From assembly GCA_963713825.1 (NCBI GenBank), contig CAVQNG010000005.1:256001-320000 (forward strand): a DNA stretch of 64,000 bases, read 5' to 3'. The notes beneath the pieces are model-generated. The model was not told where the DNA came from and ran no database searches. It saw nothing but the letters and a program-made list of their open reading frames with translations. The translations under genes and the position numbers were made by a program. Below, piece after piece: positions 49,184 through 58,189 of this stretch. The stretch is from an uncultured Acidobacteriota bacterium (GTDB taxonomy: Bacteria; Acidobacteriota; Thermoanaerobaculia; Multivoradales; JAHEKO01). The first letter of the stretch is position 1, and every line of letters starts with the position of its first letter.

Positions 49184-52100
49184 TCAATCCGGCTCGACCG
49201 CAGCCGACTGTGTATCCCAGATCGCCTCGTTGGCGAGGCTGAGGGAGAAGATCCTCACATCTTCGGCTTCTGGCAGCTCGATGGCCTGGGTGGGCTGCCG
49301 CACATCGAGCACATGATGGTACAGGTAGCAGAAGACGTAGGGTTCGTCCGAGCCCCGGGCGTCGTGTCGATGCGTGGCATACCAGGCGACACTCGGCGCC
49401 TGCGGCCGCACCGAGCCCGGAACCAGAGTCGGCAGGCGGAGCGGCCATCCTGACGACTCCAGCCAGGTCTCCAGCCACCCGGAGTAGGGGTGGAATCGCA
49501 CGCCCGCTTCGCCTGGTCCGAGGCGCAAGACATGGTCCTGGATGCCGCCGACTGAAGCGGCCAGAAGGTGGATTCGGTTGAAGTCTCCCCGTGGTACCTC
49601 GATCTTCTGGCCACGGCAGACCAGAGTATTCAGCGCGCCACCGGCGGCCGGACCGAGCTGAAACTCGATGCCGCCGGAAGAGAGGCTAGCTGGGAACAGC
49701 TCGGCGGGAATCGAATGTCCCCTGCGGTCCAACCCCGGGCCGTTGGGTTGATCCTGGGCGCTCGTCGCGGCCAGATTCCAAGGCAAGGGGACGGGTCTGC
49801 ACAGGGGTGCCATCAGGGTCGAATCGGGTGGCCCGATCTCGAGGGCGAAGGCTCTCGGTTGAAAGGGCCGCAGCTCGGTCAGTAACCGACCCTTGTGAAG
49901 CCGAACCGTTCCAAGCTCCTCTTCGCAACCGTCGACCTCTTTGGCTCTCTGAATCTCTGCCGGAAAGGTGAGTTGAACCGCATCGTGCTCGACGCCCGAG
50001 ATTTCCTGGACTCGGACGACAGTCCGTTGGCCAGCCTCCGCCCTCTTTATCGAGCCAACGGCGACGCCGTGATTGTTCGTCTCCAGAAATGTGAGGCTTC
50101 TGCCTAGCGGCCCTGAGTGAGAGCGAGTGCTGAAGGCTAGCAGTGGCTGGTTCAGACGGGCTGCCTGCCAGACGGTGTCGGCCTCGTTCCAGTCCCCTTC
50201 GTGAGCGTACAGAGCGTAGGTGAAGCGATGCCGGCCGAGGTCTTGAAAGCCCTGATGACGGAATTTGCGAACCACCCTTGGAGAGCGCAGCAATGACAGG
50301 CGGAGCGTCGAGTCGTCAGGTTTGTCCCAGCCGTACTTCGAGTCGCTGAGCACCGAAAGCCCACCGCCGGCGTCAACCGACGAGAGATCGGCCCACTGCT
50401 GGGCCGGTACTTCGTAACGCTCGCGACAATTGTTTCCTCGCGCGATGACGCCGAGGCCAAGGTCGTAGGTCGCCTCGGGATTCGGACTCGTGACCGGGAA
50501 CACGGCCTTGAGGAGCCTGCCGCGGGCCCCCCAGGTCACATCGTTGAAGACTTCCAACCTCCTACCGGCATCGCCATGGGTCAGCCGATAACGCTGGGTA
50601 AAGACGGAGCCAGCTGCCTGCCGGCGAACTTCGAGGCTGCACCTGACGGGTCCAGTCTCCAGAATGCGGCAGGAGGCCGGTGTGGAAATGCGCTGCGCTG
50701 CCGGGCTCGAGATATCTTCGAACAACACCTCCCAGGCGGGCCAACGAGCGGCACGGTCGGGCAGCAGCTCGAGGCCGGCCGGAGCCGAGAGGAGCTGACG
50801 CCGGAGGGTCTTGTCGAAGAGCTCGGCCAGGTCTCCGTTGGCATCGATCTCGACTCTGTAGAAGGTGTTTTCGAGACTTCTGTCGCTCGTTCGAAGAACG
50901 TCTTCGAGGACTCCGTCCGCTTCACCCTCGAGAATCTCGAACACCTGCACCGACAGCGGTGGTACTCGGGCCAGAAACGCCACCACCAGGTCTTTGCCGC
51001 TCGTAGTGATGATCTGAGCGGCACTCTCCTCTCCGTCAGTCGATCTGACCCGGAGTGCCGAGGGTGGCTCGCCGGCCCAGGGTAGCCGCGCCTCCACGAC
51101 GTCCTGACGCTCCACGGACAGGGGGTTGAAGACGATCAGGGGCAGGCCGTCCGTTTGGGTGTCCAGACCTGCTGCGATGGCGCCGATCGATTGGGTCAGC
51201 ACCGATTCGAACTGATTCAGGGCCAGCAACTCGTCGTTCCAGGAGAATCGATAGGCGGCCGGAATGCTGGTGCCGGTGAGATCGTCGTGCATCTGATGCC
51301 AGAGGAACCGCAGCCAGGCCTCGCGCAGACGCTCACTCGGATAGGGCAGGGCCCCCAGCCAGTCGGCGATGACGGCGGCCTTCTCGGCCGCTTCGGCCAT
51401 CTGCTCGTTGCGGCGGTTCCAGCCCTTGAGTGCTGCCTGAGAGGTCAGGCACCCAGTACCGTGCGTCGGGAGGAGAAGCTCCCCTCTATGTCGTGGTAGC
51501 CGCTCGACCTGCTCCGGCTGGAGGTCGCGAAACAGCTGATCCGAGCCGTCGACTCGCACCTGAATCGGTGCTCGACCCTCGACGCTGCGTTGGAGCCACT
51601 CCATGGAGGTCGCATCGAGACCACCGCCGCGATCGCCGACCCCGACGTACATGAGACCTAGGAAGGCGCCGCACTGTCGGCCCGTCTCATCGAGCCTCTC
51701 GATCCACCGCTGGGCCTGGCTGAGGTCCTCCCGCAGACCTTCCCCGTAGCCTTCGGGTCGGATGGCGGCGATGACACCGGTGCCATCAGGACCTTCCCAG
51801 CAACCGATGTCGAAGGGAATGGTGGCCGGTGCCATCCAGTTGCCGAACTTCTGGGCGGAGAAGCCCCGGAGGCCGCAGTGAGCGGCTATGGAAGGCAACG
51901 CGAACCCGAATCCGAAGCAATCGGGCAGGAACAGGTCACAGCTTCGGCGGCCGAACTCGCGCCCGAAGAATCCGTTGCCGTAAAGAACGTGGCGGATGAG
52001 CGACTCCGGGGACACGACGTTGACGTCGGGCGCGTCGAGCATGCTGCCGGCCAGCCGCCAGCGACCTCGCTCGATCAGACCCTTCAGACGCTCGTACTCC

Positions 52101-52333
52101 TCGGGGTAGTACTCCTTCATCAGCATGTAGCGAAAGGCCCCTTCGAAGCTCACCACGAAGAAGGGGTGGTTCTCGAGAAGCGAGAAGTTCTGCTCGAGAG
52201 TCGCCGGCAAGAAGTCGCGAATCGTGTCCTGAATCGTCCAGCGCCACTGCGTATCCAAGTGCACGGTGGCGACGACGTACAGGATCCGCTCGCCGTGGGA
52301 AGCCGGCGGATCGTTTCGTGTGGAGTCAGTCAT
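49184..52333 (-). CDS. alpha-mannosidase, glycoside hydrolase family 38
   Basis: HLDTQWRW, LPDCFG (nucleophile Asp), GVGD.GGG, Q.HDDLTGTS, YEVPAQQWAD and SKYGWD motifs. No signal peptide. Confidence 0.92.
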   Translation of the reverse strand: MTDSTRNDPPASHGERILYVVATVHLDTQWRWTIQDTIRDFLPATLEQNFSLLENHPFFVVSFEGAFRYMLMKEYYPEEYERLKGLIERGRWRLAGSMLDAPDVNVVSPESLIRHVLYGNGFFGREFGRRSCDLFLPDCFGFGFALPSIAAHCGLRGFSAQKFGNWMAPATIPFDIGCWEGPDGTGVIAAIRPEGYGEGLREDLSQAQRWIERLDETGRQCGAFLGLMYVGVGDRGGGLDATSMEWLQRSVEGRAPIQVRVDGSDQLFRDLQPEQVERLPRHRGELLLPTHGTGCLTSQAALKGWNRRNEQMAEAAEKAAVIADWLGALPYPSERLREAWLRFLWHQMHDDLTGTSIPAAYRFSWNDELLALNQFESVLTQSIGAIAAGLDTQTDGLPLIVFNPLSVERQDVVEARLPWAGEPPSALRVRSTDGEESAAQIITTSGKDLVVAFLARVPPLSVQVFEILEGEADGVLEDVLRTSDRSLENTFYRVEIDANGDLAELFDKTLRRQLLSAPAGLELLPDRAARWPAWEVLFEDISSPAAQRISTPASCRILETGPVRCSLEVRRQAAGSVFTQRYRLTHGDAGRRLEVFNDVTWGARGRLLKAVFPVTSPNPEATYDLGLGVIARGNNCRERYEVPAQQWADLSSVDAGGGLSVLSDSKYGWDKPDDSTLRLSLLRSPRVVRKFRHQGFQDLGRHRFTYALYAHEGDWNEADTVWQAARLNQPLLAFSTRSHSGPLGRSLTFLETNNHGVAVGSIKRAEAGQRTVVRVQEISGVEHDAVQLTFPAEIQRAKEVDGCEEELGTVRLHKGRLLTELRPFQPRAFALEIGPPDSTLMAPLCRPVPLPWNLAATSAQDQPNGPGLDRRGHSIPAELFPASLSSGGIEFQLGPAAGGALNTLVCRGQKIEVPRGDFNRIHLLAASVGGIQDHVLRLGPGEAGVRFHPYSGWLETWLESSGWPLRLPTLVPGSVRPQAPSVAWYATHRHDARGSDEPYVFCYLYHHVLDVRQPTQAIELPEAEDVRIFSLSLANEAIWDTQSAAVEPD

Positions 52334-54035
52334 CGGTCGCCCGATCCGAAAGAGACCCAGTGGACTCTGACGGTGTGGATCCGGAGGCCCCCTCGTCGGG
52401 GCCCAGCAGTGACCATCCATCTCTGAGGGCATGGTCGCGATAGATCTCGACCAGCGGCAGCGGTTGCTCTAGATCGGACAGGCTACGCCTGCGGGCGACC
52501 AGGAGAAGATGAGGGTCCTCCTCCAGTAGGTTCAGAAGCTCTCCTTCACTCACAGCCAAGTGCGCAAGATGATGAGTGTAGAACAGGACCCCGGGCTCGA
52601 GGCGTGGGTACATTGCGAAGGTCTGATCGGGGCCCAGGTGCGCCAGGACGCTCGAGGCCAGTGGGCGGGCTGACTTGAAGGTGTCGAGTCGTGGCGCGAC
52701 GATCAAGGCTGCGCCCAGAATCAGTATTCCCATGCCCATGGCCGTGGCATCGACGCCAGCGCGAAGGCGCCCGACCCAGAACCATCGGCTACCGACGAGA
52801 ACGCCAGCGGCACCGAGGACCAGAATCACCGCGATCGAGCGGGCCAAAGAGGGGTCCAGGTCCGCGAGCTCGGGCCGCGCCTGCAGGAGTGGCACCGAGA
52901 TTCCCGCAGCCGCGATCAGTACGCTGGTGAGGAGTGCCGGACCGGCGGTGGCGGACCTGAATCGGGGCCACGCCTCCTGGGCCCGATCCAGTCCGAAGCC
53001 GACCAGCAGAGCCAGAGCGGGGAACATGGTCAGCACGTTGACCGAGCGTTTGGCGGGCGACAGGGTGAAGAGGACGAGTGTTACGGCAATCCAGGTCAAC
53101 AGAAAGAGCATCCAGCGCCTGGCCTCGCCACGGGCTCGATTCCAGACGATCCATACCGCCGCGGGGAAGAGAAAGGACCATGGCAGGAAGTCCATTGGCA
53201 CGGTCCCAAGGTAGTAGTGCCAGGGCTTCGGCACGATGGGTGGAAAAGAGCTCGATCCGAACGCGACGAATGGCTGCAAGGGTTCTGTTGTCAGGAGATT
53301 TGCCAGTCCGGCCCGACCAACGATCGCGCCGGCCGGTAGTATCCAAGCGAGCACGGTGGCGAGCCAGAGCCACGGTCCCGGCCCCAGGAACAGACGTCGC
53401 AACTCGCGGCTCTGTCTTGTCACTACCAAAAAGACGACGACCGACAGTAGCGGCGGTAGCAGGCCCTCCAGACCTCTGGTCAGAGTAGCCAGACCGAGAG
53501 CCAGGAAGAACAGTACGGTGTATCCGGAACGGTCTTCGACAAGGCCTCGGACCCAGGCATAGATAGCCAGGGTCGTCCACAGGGTCAGCAGCATTCCAAC
53601 CTGCCCTGCCCTGCCTTGCCAGAGCACCTTGTAGCTACTCATGAACACCAGGGCAGCGAACCAGGCGACCCGAGGGGAAAACAATCGCATTCCTATCGAG
53701 AAGACGAGGAGTGATGCGGCGATGGCGGCCAGGGCCGAGGGCAATCGGACGGCGGTCTCGTCGAGTTGGCCCAACAGGAGGTTCATCGAGTTGATCGCCC
53801 AGAAGTGGAGCGGTGGCTCCCCAGTGGGCAGGTCGCCGTTCAGCTGTGGCACCAGGTAGTTGGCCGTTTCCGCCATCTCCCTGGCGATCTCGGCACAACG
53901 AGGCTCGTCTGGGTTCCACAGGTCATGTCGGCCCAGGCCCGGCAGGAACAGGATCAGCCCCAGAATCAGCAGCAGGATCCTCTCGCGGTCGAGGAACGCG
54001 AGCGGTCCATCAAGGTCTCGATTGCCGCTGGTCAC
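52326..54035 (-). CDS. ArnT/GT39-like (GT-C fold) membrane glycosyltransferase
   Basis: LWNPDEPR.AEIAREM, P.LNG...PPL.FW, RLPSA, PWHYY and FLPWS motifs; about 12 TM. Start uncertain; the ORF is open to 54128. Confidence 0.85.
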   Translation of the reverse strand: MTSGNRDLDGPLAFLDRERILLLILGLILFLPGLGRHDLWNPDEPRCAEIAREMAETANYLVPQLNGDLPTGEPPLHFWAINSMNLLLGQLDETAVRLPSALAAIAASLLVFSIGMRLFSPRVAWFAALVFMSSYKVLWQGRAGQVGMLLTLWTTLAIYAWVRGLVEDRSGYTVLFFLALGLATLTRGLEGLLPPLLSVVVFLVVTRQSRELRRLFLGPGPWLWLATVLAWILPAGAIVGRAGLANLLTTEPLQPFVAFGSSSFPPIVPKPWHYYLGTVPMDFLPWSFLFPAAVWIVWNRARGEARRWMLFLLTWIAVTLVLFTLSPAKRSVNVLTMFPALALLVGFGLDRAQEAWPRFRSATAGPALLTSVLIAAAGISVPLLQARPELADLDPSLARSIAVILVLGAAGVLVGSRWFWVGRLRAGVDATAMGMGILILGAALIVAPRLDTFKSARPLASSVLAHLGPDQTFAMYPRLEPGVLFYTHHLAHLAVSEGELLNLLEEDPHLLLVARRRSLSDLEQPLPLVEIYRDHALRDGWSLLGPDEGASGSTPSESTGSLSDRATDD

Positions 54036-54283
54036 TGTTCGTGGCCCTACAAGGTTTCGAGCGACTCTTCGATACCGGCCACCGTGATTCGACTTGGCAG
54101 CCTGGAGGCGAACCTGCGGAAACCTCAAGGATATCCCAGGGGCAAACGGGGTAGAAGTCTCCGCTTCCCAGGCACAGGACCCCTGCGGTCTCGATGTGGA
54201 AGCTGGCCTACGCCGTAGGCCTGGGGACCGGGTACAATCCCGTCCGTCGAAGAGCTCGCGGTGGACAGAGAGGTTCTCAATTG

Positions 54284-54766
54284 ATGCGATCCATCCTCCG
54301 AATCTGGGTAGTCCTGGCTCTCGTCTGCCTACCCGCTGCGGCGCAGGAGCCGCGCTCGCTGGCCGTCAGCGTCGGCATGTTCAACTTCAACAAGAGTCCA
54401 TCCCCGATCGAAGGGGGATTCGAATATCGGCATCCGACGGGAGTGTGGAAGATGGCGGCCGTGGGAGCGCTCTATGCCAACGCGGATGGCGCTATCTGGG
54501 TCTACGGGGCTCTCCGACGGGACTTCTCACTGGCTGAACGCTGGTATGTCACGCCGGCAATAGGGATGTCTCTCTACTCGCAGGGCAATAGCAAGAATCT
54601 GGGCGGCCCCGTCGAGTTCCGCTCTGCCATCGAGCTGGGGCATGAATTCAGGAACCGAACCCGGCTCGCTTTCGGCATCTATCACCTGTCCAACGCTGGC
54701 ATCTACTTTCCGAATCCCGGCAGCAACTCGCTGTTCTTCACCTACAGCTGGCCGCTGGGCCAGTAG
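54284..54766 (+). CDS. pagL: PagL-like lipid A 3-O-deacylase (acyloxyacyl hydrolase), outer-membrane beta-barrel
   Basis: Signal peptide; LGG.VEFRS; catalytic HLSNAG...NPG.N motif. Confidence 0.8.
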   Translation: MRSILRIWVVLALVCLPAAAQEPRSLAVSVGMFNFNKSPSPIEGGFEYRHPTGVWKMAAVGALYANADGAIWVYGALRRDFSLAERWYVTPAIGMSLYSQGNSKNLGGPVEFRSAIELGHEFRNRTRLAFGIYHLSNAGIYFPNPGSNSLFFTYSWPLGQ

Positions 54767-54780
54767 GGGCCCAGCGGCCA

Positions 54781-55322
54781 GAGGGTTGAGGCATCCGGTG
54801 CTTTGCACCGGCTGACCTTTGAGGGCTTGGGGTTGAGGAGCCCAGCCCCGCCCTCCCTCCCGTCCTGGGGCTTGAGCCCTGGGCAGAGGACCTTGATCTT
54901 GTGGCGGTCCGTCCGGGTGGTTCGCAGGCGGACGGCGACGGCTACTCAGACTATGACGGGCAGGCCGCCACCTCGTCTCGTCATCGCGCCCCGTCTCCAG
55001 TGACCTATCGAGGTCCTTGCGCCGCGCTCGACTCGGCGCCCCCTGTCGAACCACCCGAACGAACCTCTGGCACCGCAGTGAATGAAGCGCCACATCGACC
55101 TCCACCGGGCGTGCAGGGTTCGGCGTGGGGACCTTCAGGGGGTTGGTTACTGTCGAAGGGATGATAGCCCCCTGGGGGCCCCGCGTCGGACCCCCTCCAA
55201 CCACGGTCCCGTGCCCAGGTCCCAGGACTCAGGCCCCAAAGGCTGGCCGCGACGAAGTGCGGACAGTTCATCCCCCAAGCCCTCATAGGTCGGCCGGAGG
55301 TACGACGGACGCCTCAACCCCC
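54781..55322. repeat. modular palindromic repeat mosaic (BIME/MITE-like), copy B
   Basis: About 50-nt imperfect terminal inverted repeats (54781-54832 vs 55273-55321). Core 54901-55074 and hairpin 55116-55194 are homologous to 4867-5477. Confidence 0.8.
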
Positions 55323-55336
55323 AATGCCCCAGTACC

Positions 55337-55360
55337 CTGTGACCGCCCGGGCGGTCACAG
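55337..55360. repeat. perfect 24-bp palindrome upstream of algI
   Basis: CTGTGACCGCCCGGGCGGTCACAG, extended by CCCCAGT/ACTGGGG. Confidence 0.7.
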
Positions 55361-55390
55361 TAGACTGGGGAGTGCCAACGAGCCAGTCAA

Positions 55391-56848
55391 ATGGTTTTCA
55401 GCTCCCATCTCTTCGTCTTCTACTTCCTGCCCCTGGCGCTGGCGCTCTACTACCTTCTGCCAAGGCGGGCCAAGCATCTCGGCCTGACGCTGACGAGCTA
55501 CCTCTTCTATGGCTGGGCCAATCCGGCCTTCATGGGACTCATGTTGGCTTCCACCGTGGTGGACTACTTCTGCGGTCTGACCATCGCGAATCAGCCTGGG
55601 GGATCGTTCTGGCAACCACCAAAACCACTGGAAAGAAAGGGCTTGCGGACTCGGCGCCAGAAAGCGGCTGTCGCTGTATCGGTCGTCACCAATCTGTCGT
55701 TGCTGGGGTTCTTCAAGTACTTCAACTTCGGGGTCGACAACCTCGGTGGTCTGGTCACCATGCTCGGGTTGGAGATCGAAGGACTGGACACCGTGATGCG
55801 GGTGGCGCTGCCGCTCGGCATCAGTTTCTACACCTTCCAGTCCATGAGCTACACCATCGATGTCTATCGTGGGGACGCCGGTGCTCTGAGGAACTTCGTG
55901 GACTTCGCCTGCTACGTGTCGCTTTTCCCCCAGTTGGTTGCCGGTCCGATCATTCGCTTTGCCGAGATCGACGATCAGCTGGCGAGTCGCAGTCACACCG
56001 TGGCGAAGTTTGCGCGAGGTGTCGCCTTCTTCAGCCTGGGGATGGCCAAGAAGATCCTGGTGGCGAATCCCTGTGGCAAGGTTGCCGACTCGGTATTCGA
56101 TGCTGGTTCGGCGCTACCTCTCGATGCCTGGCTCGGGGCTCTGGCCTACAGCTTCCAGATCTACTTCGATTTCAGCGGCTACTCGGACATGGCGATCGGT
56201 CTTGGCCTGATGTTGGGATTCGTCTTCCCCAAGAACTTCGACTCGCCTTACAAGGCCGACTCCATTACCGATTTCTGGCGTCGGTGGCACATCTCGCTTT
56301 CCACCTGGCTGCGGGACTATCTCTACATCCCACTCGGGGGCAATCGACAGGGGCCGAGTCGCACCTACGTCAATCTGTTCGTTGTCATGCTCTTGGGTGG
56401 CCTCTGGCACGGCGCGGCCTGGCACTTTGTTCTCTGGGGCGGCTTCCACGGGCTGTTGCTGGCCTGGGAGCGGATGCGAGGTCGTCGTGGGCTGTTCGCG
56501 GCACTGCCGAGACCCTTGAGGGTCGCCGGGACGTTTCTGCTGGTGTTGCTGTCGTGGGTTCTGTTTCGCGCCGAGAGCCTGGACCGCTCGATTTCCCACT
56601 TCTCCAACATGGTGGGCCTGGGGACGCGCTTCGATGGAGCGGGGCTGCTGGGGGGTGTCGTCTATCAGCCCTTCTACGTGCTCACCATCCTGAGTGCGGC
56701 GTCGATAGTGTGGCTGGCGCCGCAGACCTGGGACTGGACCCGGCGCCTGGGCCCGGTCAAGGTGTCGATTTGTCTCGTCTTGCTCTGGGCGGCGCTGGCC
56801 ATGATGACCGCTCAGGAGTACAACCCTTTCATCTACTTCATTTTCTAA
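55391..56848 (+). CDS. algI: MBOAT O-acyltransferase (AlgI/PatA-like)
   Basis: LPLGISFYTFQ.MSY, FPQLVAGPI, QIYFDFSGYSDMA, FWRRWHISLS.W.RDYLY, GLWHGA and C-terminal PFIYF motifs. Confidence 0.92.
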   Translation: MVFSSHLFVFYFLPLALALYYLLPRRAKHLGLTLTSYLFYGWANPAFMGLMLASTVVDYFCGLTIANQPGGSFWQPPKPLERKGLRTRRQKAAVAVSVVTNLSLLGFFKYFNFGVDNLGGLVTMLGLEIEGLDTVMRVALPLGISFYTFQSMSYTIDVYRGDAGALRNFVDFACYVSLFPQLVAGPIIRFAEIDDQLASRSHTVAKFARGVAFFSLGMAKKILVANPCGKVADSVFDAGSALPLDAWLGALAYSFQIYFDFSGYSDMAIGLGLMLGFVFPKNFDSPYKADSITDFWRRWHISLSTWLRDYLYIPLGGNRQGPSRTYVNLFVVMLLGGLWHGAAWHFVLWGGFHGLLLAWERMRGRRGLFAALPRPLRVAGTFLLVLLSWVLFRAESLDRSISHFSNMVGLGTRFDGAGLLGGVVYQPFYVLTILSAASIVWLAPQTWDWTRRLGPVKVSICLVLLWAALAMMTAQEYNPFIYFIF

Positions 56849-56850
56849 TC

Positions 56851-58179
56851 ATGACGATGCTTCCAGACAGAGAAAGACAGGCCCTGAGAGAGGTCGGGCG
56901 CACCGCCATTTCGGCCCCGATGAGCTGGGCGCTGGTGTTGCTGTTTCTGCTGACCATAGCGTCCGTAGGTCTTCTGGAGCCTGTGGTCGACGACTTCCAT
57001 GACAGAGACGTGGCCGATGAGGAGCCGGCTGCGGAGGACACGTCGGGCTTGTGGCGGCAGTTCGCGGCGAGTGTCTCGGAGAGCTTCCGGAGCTTCGAGA
57101 GCGAGGGCCTGAACAGAGCCAACCACCAACTGCAGCTGGTCATGGACGAGTTCGAGGTGCGGTTGGAGGAGGAGTCGTTCCTGCGACGACTCGTCCTGCC
57201 GCCATTGCAAGGATTCCTCTCCAGCCGTCTCGGTGTCGGCAATGAGCAGGCCTACCTGGGAAGGGCGGATTGGCTGTTCTACCGGCCCGATGTGGACTAT
57301 GTGACGGGTCGAGGCTTCCTCGAGGAGGACGTTCTGTGGGCCAGGGTCCTGCAAAGCGATCCCTGGGCTGATCCGCCTCGGCCCGATCCCATGGCCGCCC
57401 TGCGTGAGTTGGATGCTGGGCTGCGGGCCAAGGGTATTCACCTGCTCCTGCTGCCGACCCCGGTGAAGCCAATGCTGGAGCCGGCCTCTTTTTCGGGTCG
57501 GTTCACTCGACAATCTCCACCGCTCCAGAATCCGTCCTTCGACGAGTTTTGCCGTCGACTCGAAGAGCATGGGATCGACTTCTTGGACGTGACTACGGAC
57601 CTCTGGCGGCACGGCCAGTCGAGCCCCGAGCCTCTGTACCTGCGGACAGATACGCATTGGGCCCCAGCTGCCGTCGAACACGTAGCTCAATCTCTCAGTC
57701 GAACTCTGATCGCTCTCGATCTGGCCCAGCAGTCGGAAGCCGGTGTGTTCTTCCAGCGTCCGTCCGAGGTCGAGAATCTGGGTGATATTGCCCGCATGCT
57801 CACTCCGACACCTGGTCAGGCCGAACGATGGCGCCAACGAGTCGTGAGTCACCGTGTTGTCGATGCTTCCGGCAGGCCCTGGAAAAGCGATCCGCAAGCG
57901 GAGGTGCTATTGCTCGGTGACAGCTTCAGCAACATCTACTCCGACTCGAGCCTGGGCTGGGGCGTCGGATCCGGTCTCGCCGAGCAGCTGAGCTTCTACC
58001 TCCAGAGGCCGGTGGACAAGATCGCCCTGAATGCGGGAGGGGCGCTGGCCGCGCGGCGAGCCTTGCGACGACACTGGGCCAGCTCGAGTGGGCGACTCGA
58101 AAGCAAACGGGTCGTGATCTACCAGTTTGCCGTGCGCGAGCTGAAGCAGGGCGATTGGAGCCTCGTGGGTCTGGACTAA
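56851..58179 (+). CDS. AlgJ/AlgX-like SGNH periplasmic O-acetyltransferase
   Basis: N-terminal TM; G..DWLF, TDTHW, GDI..ML and LGDSFS motifs. ATG lies 2 nt after the algI stop. Confidence 0.85.
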   Translation: MTMLPDRERQALREVGRTAISAPMSWALVLLFLLTIASVGLLEPVVDDFHDRDVADEEPAAEDTSGLWRQFAASVSESFRSFESEGLNRANHQLQLVMDEFEVRLEEESFLRRLVLPPLQGFLSSRLGVGNEQAYLGRADWLFYRPDVDYVTGRGFLEEDVLWARVLQSDPWADPPRPDPMAALRELDAGLRAKGIHLLLLPTPVKPMLEPASFSGRFTRQSPPLQNPSFDEFCRRLEEHGIDFLDVTTDLWRHGQSSPEPLYLRTDTHWAPAAVEHVAQSLSRTLIALDLAQQSEAGVFFQRPSEVENLGDIARMLTPTPGQAERWRQRVVSHRVVDASGRPWKSDPQAEVLLLGDSFSNIYSDSSLGWGVGSGLAEQLSFYLQRPVDKIALNAGGALAARRALRRHWASSSGRLESKRVVIYQFAVRELKQGDWSLVGLD

Positions 58180-58189
58180 CATAGATCTC

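Noticed and set aside
55324-56850. 509-codon N-terminal extension of the AlgJ-like ORF overlapping algI
   Set aside because: This is the -1 frame of a GC3-rich gene, where stops are rare. The translation is low-complexity and a proper ATG exists at 56851.
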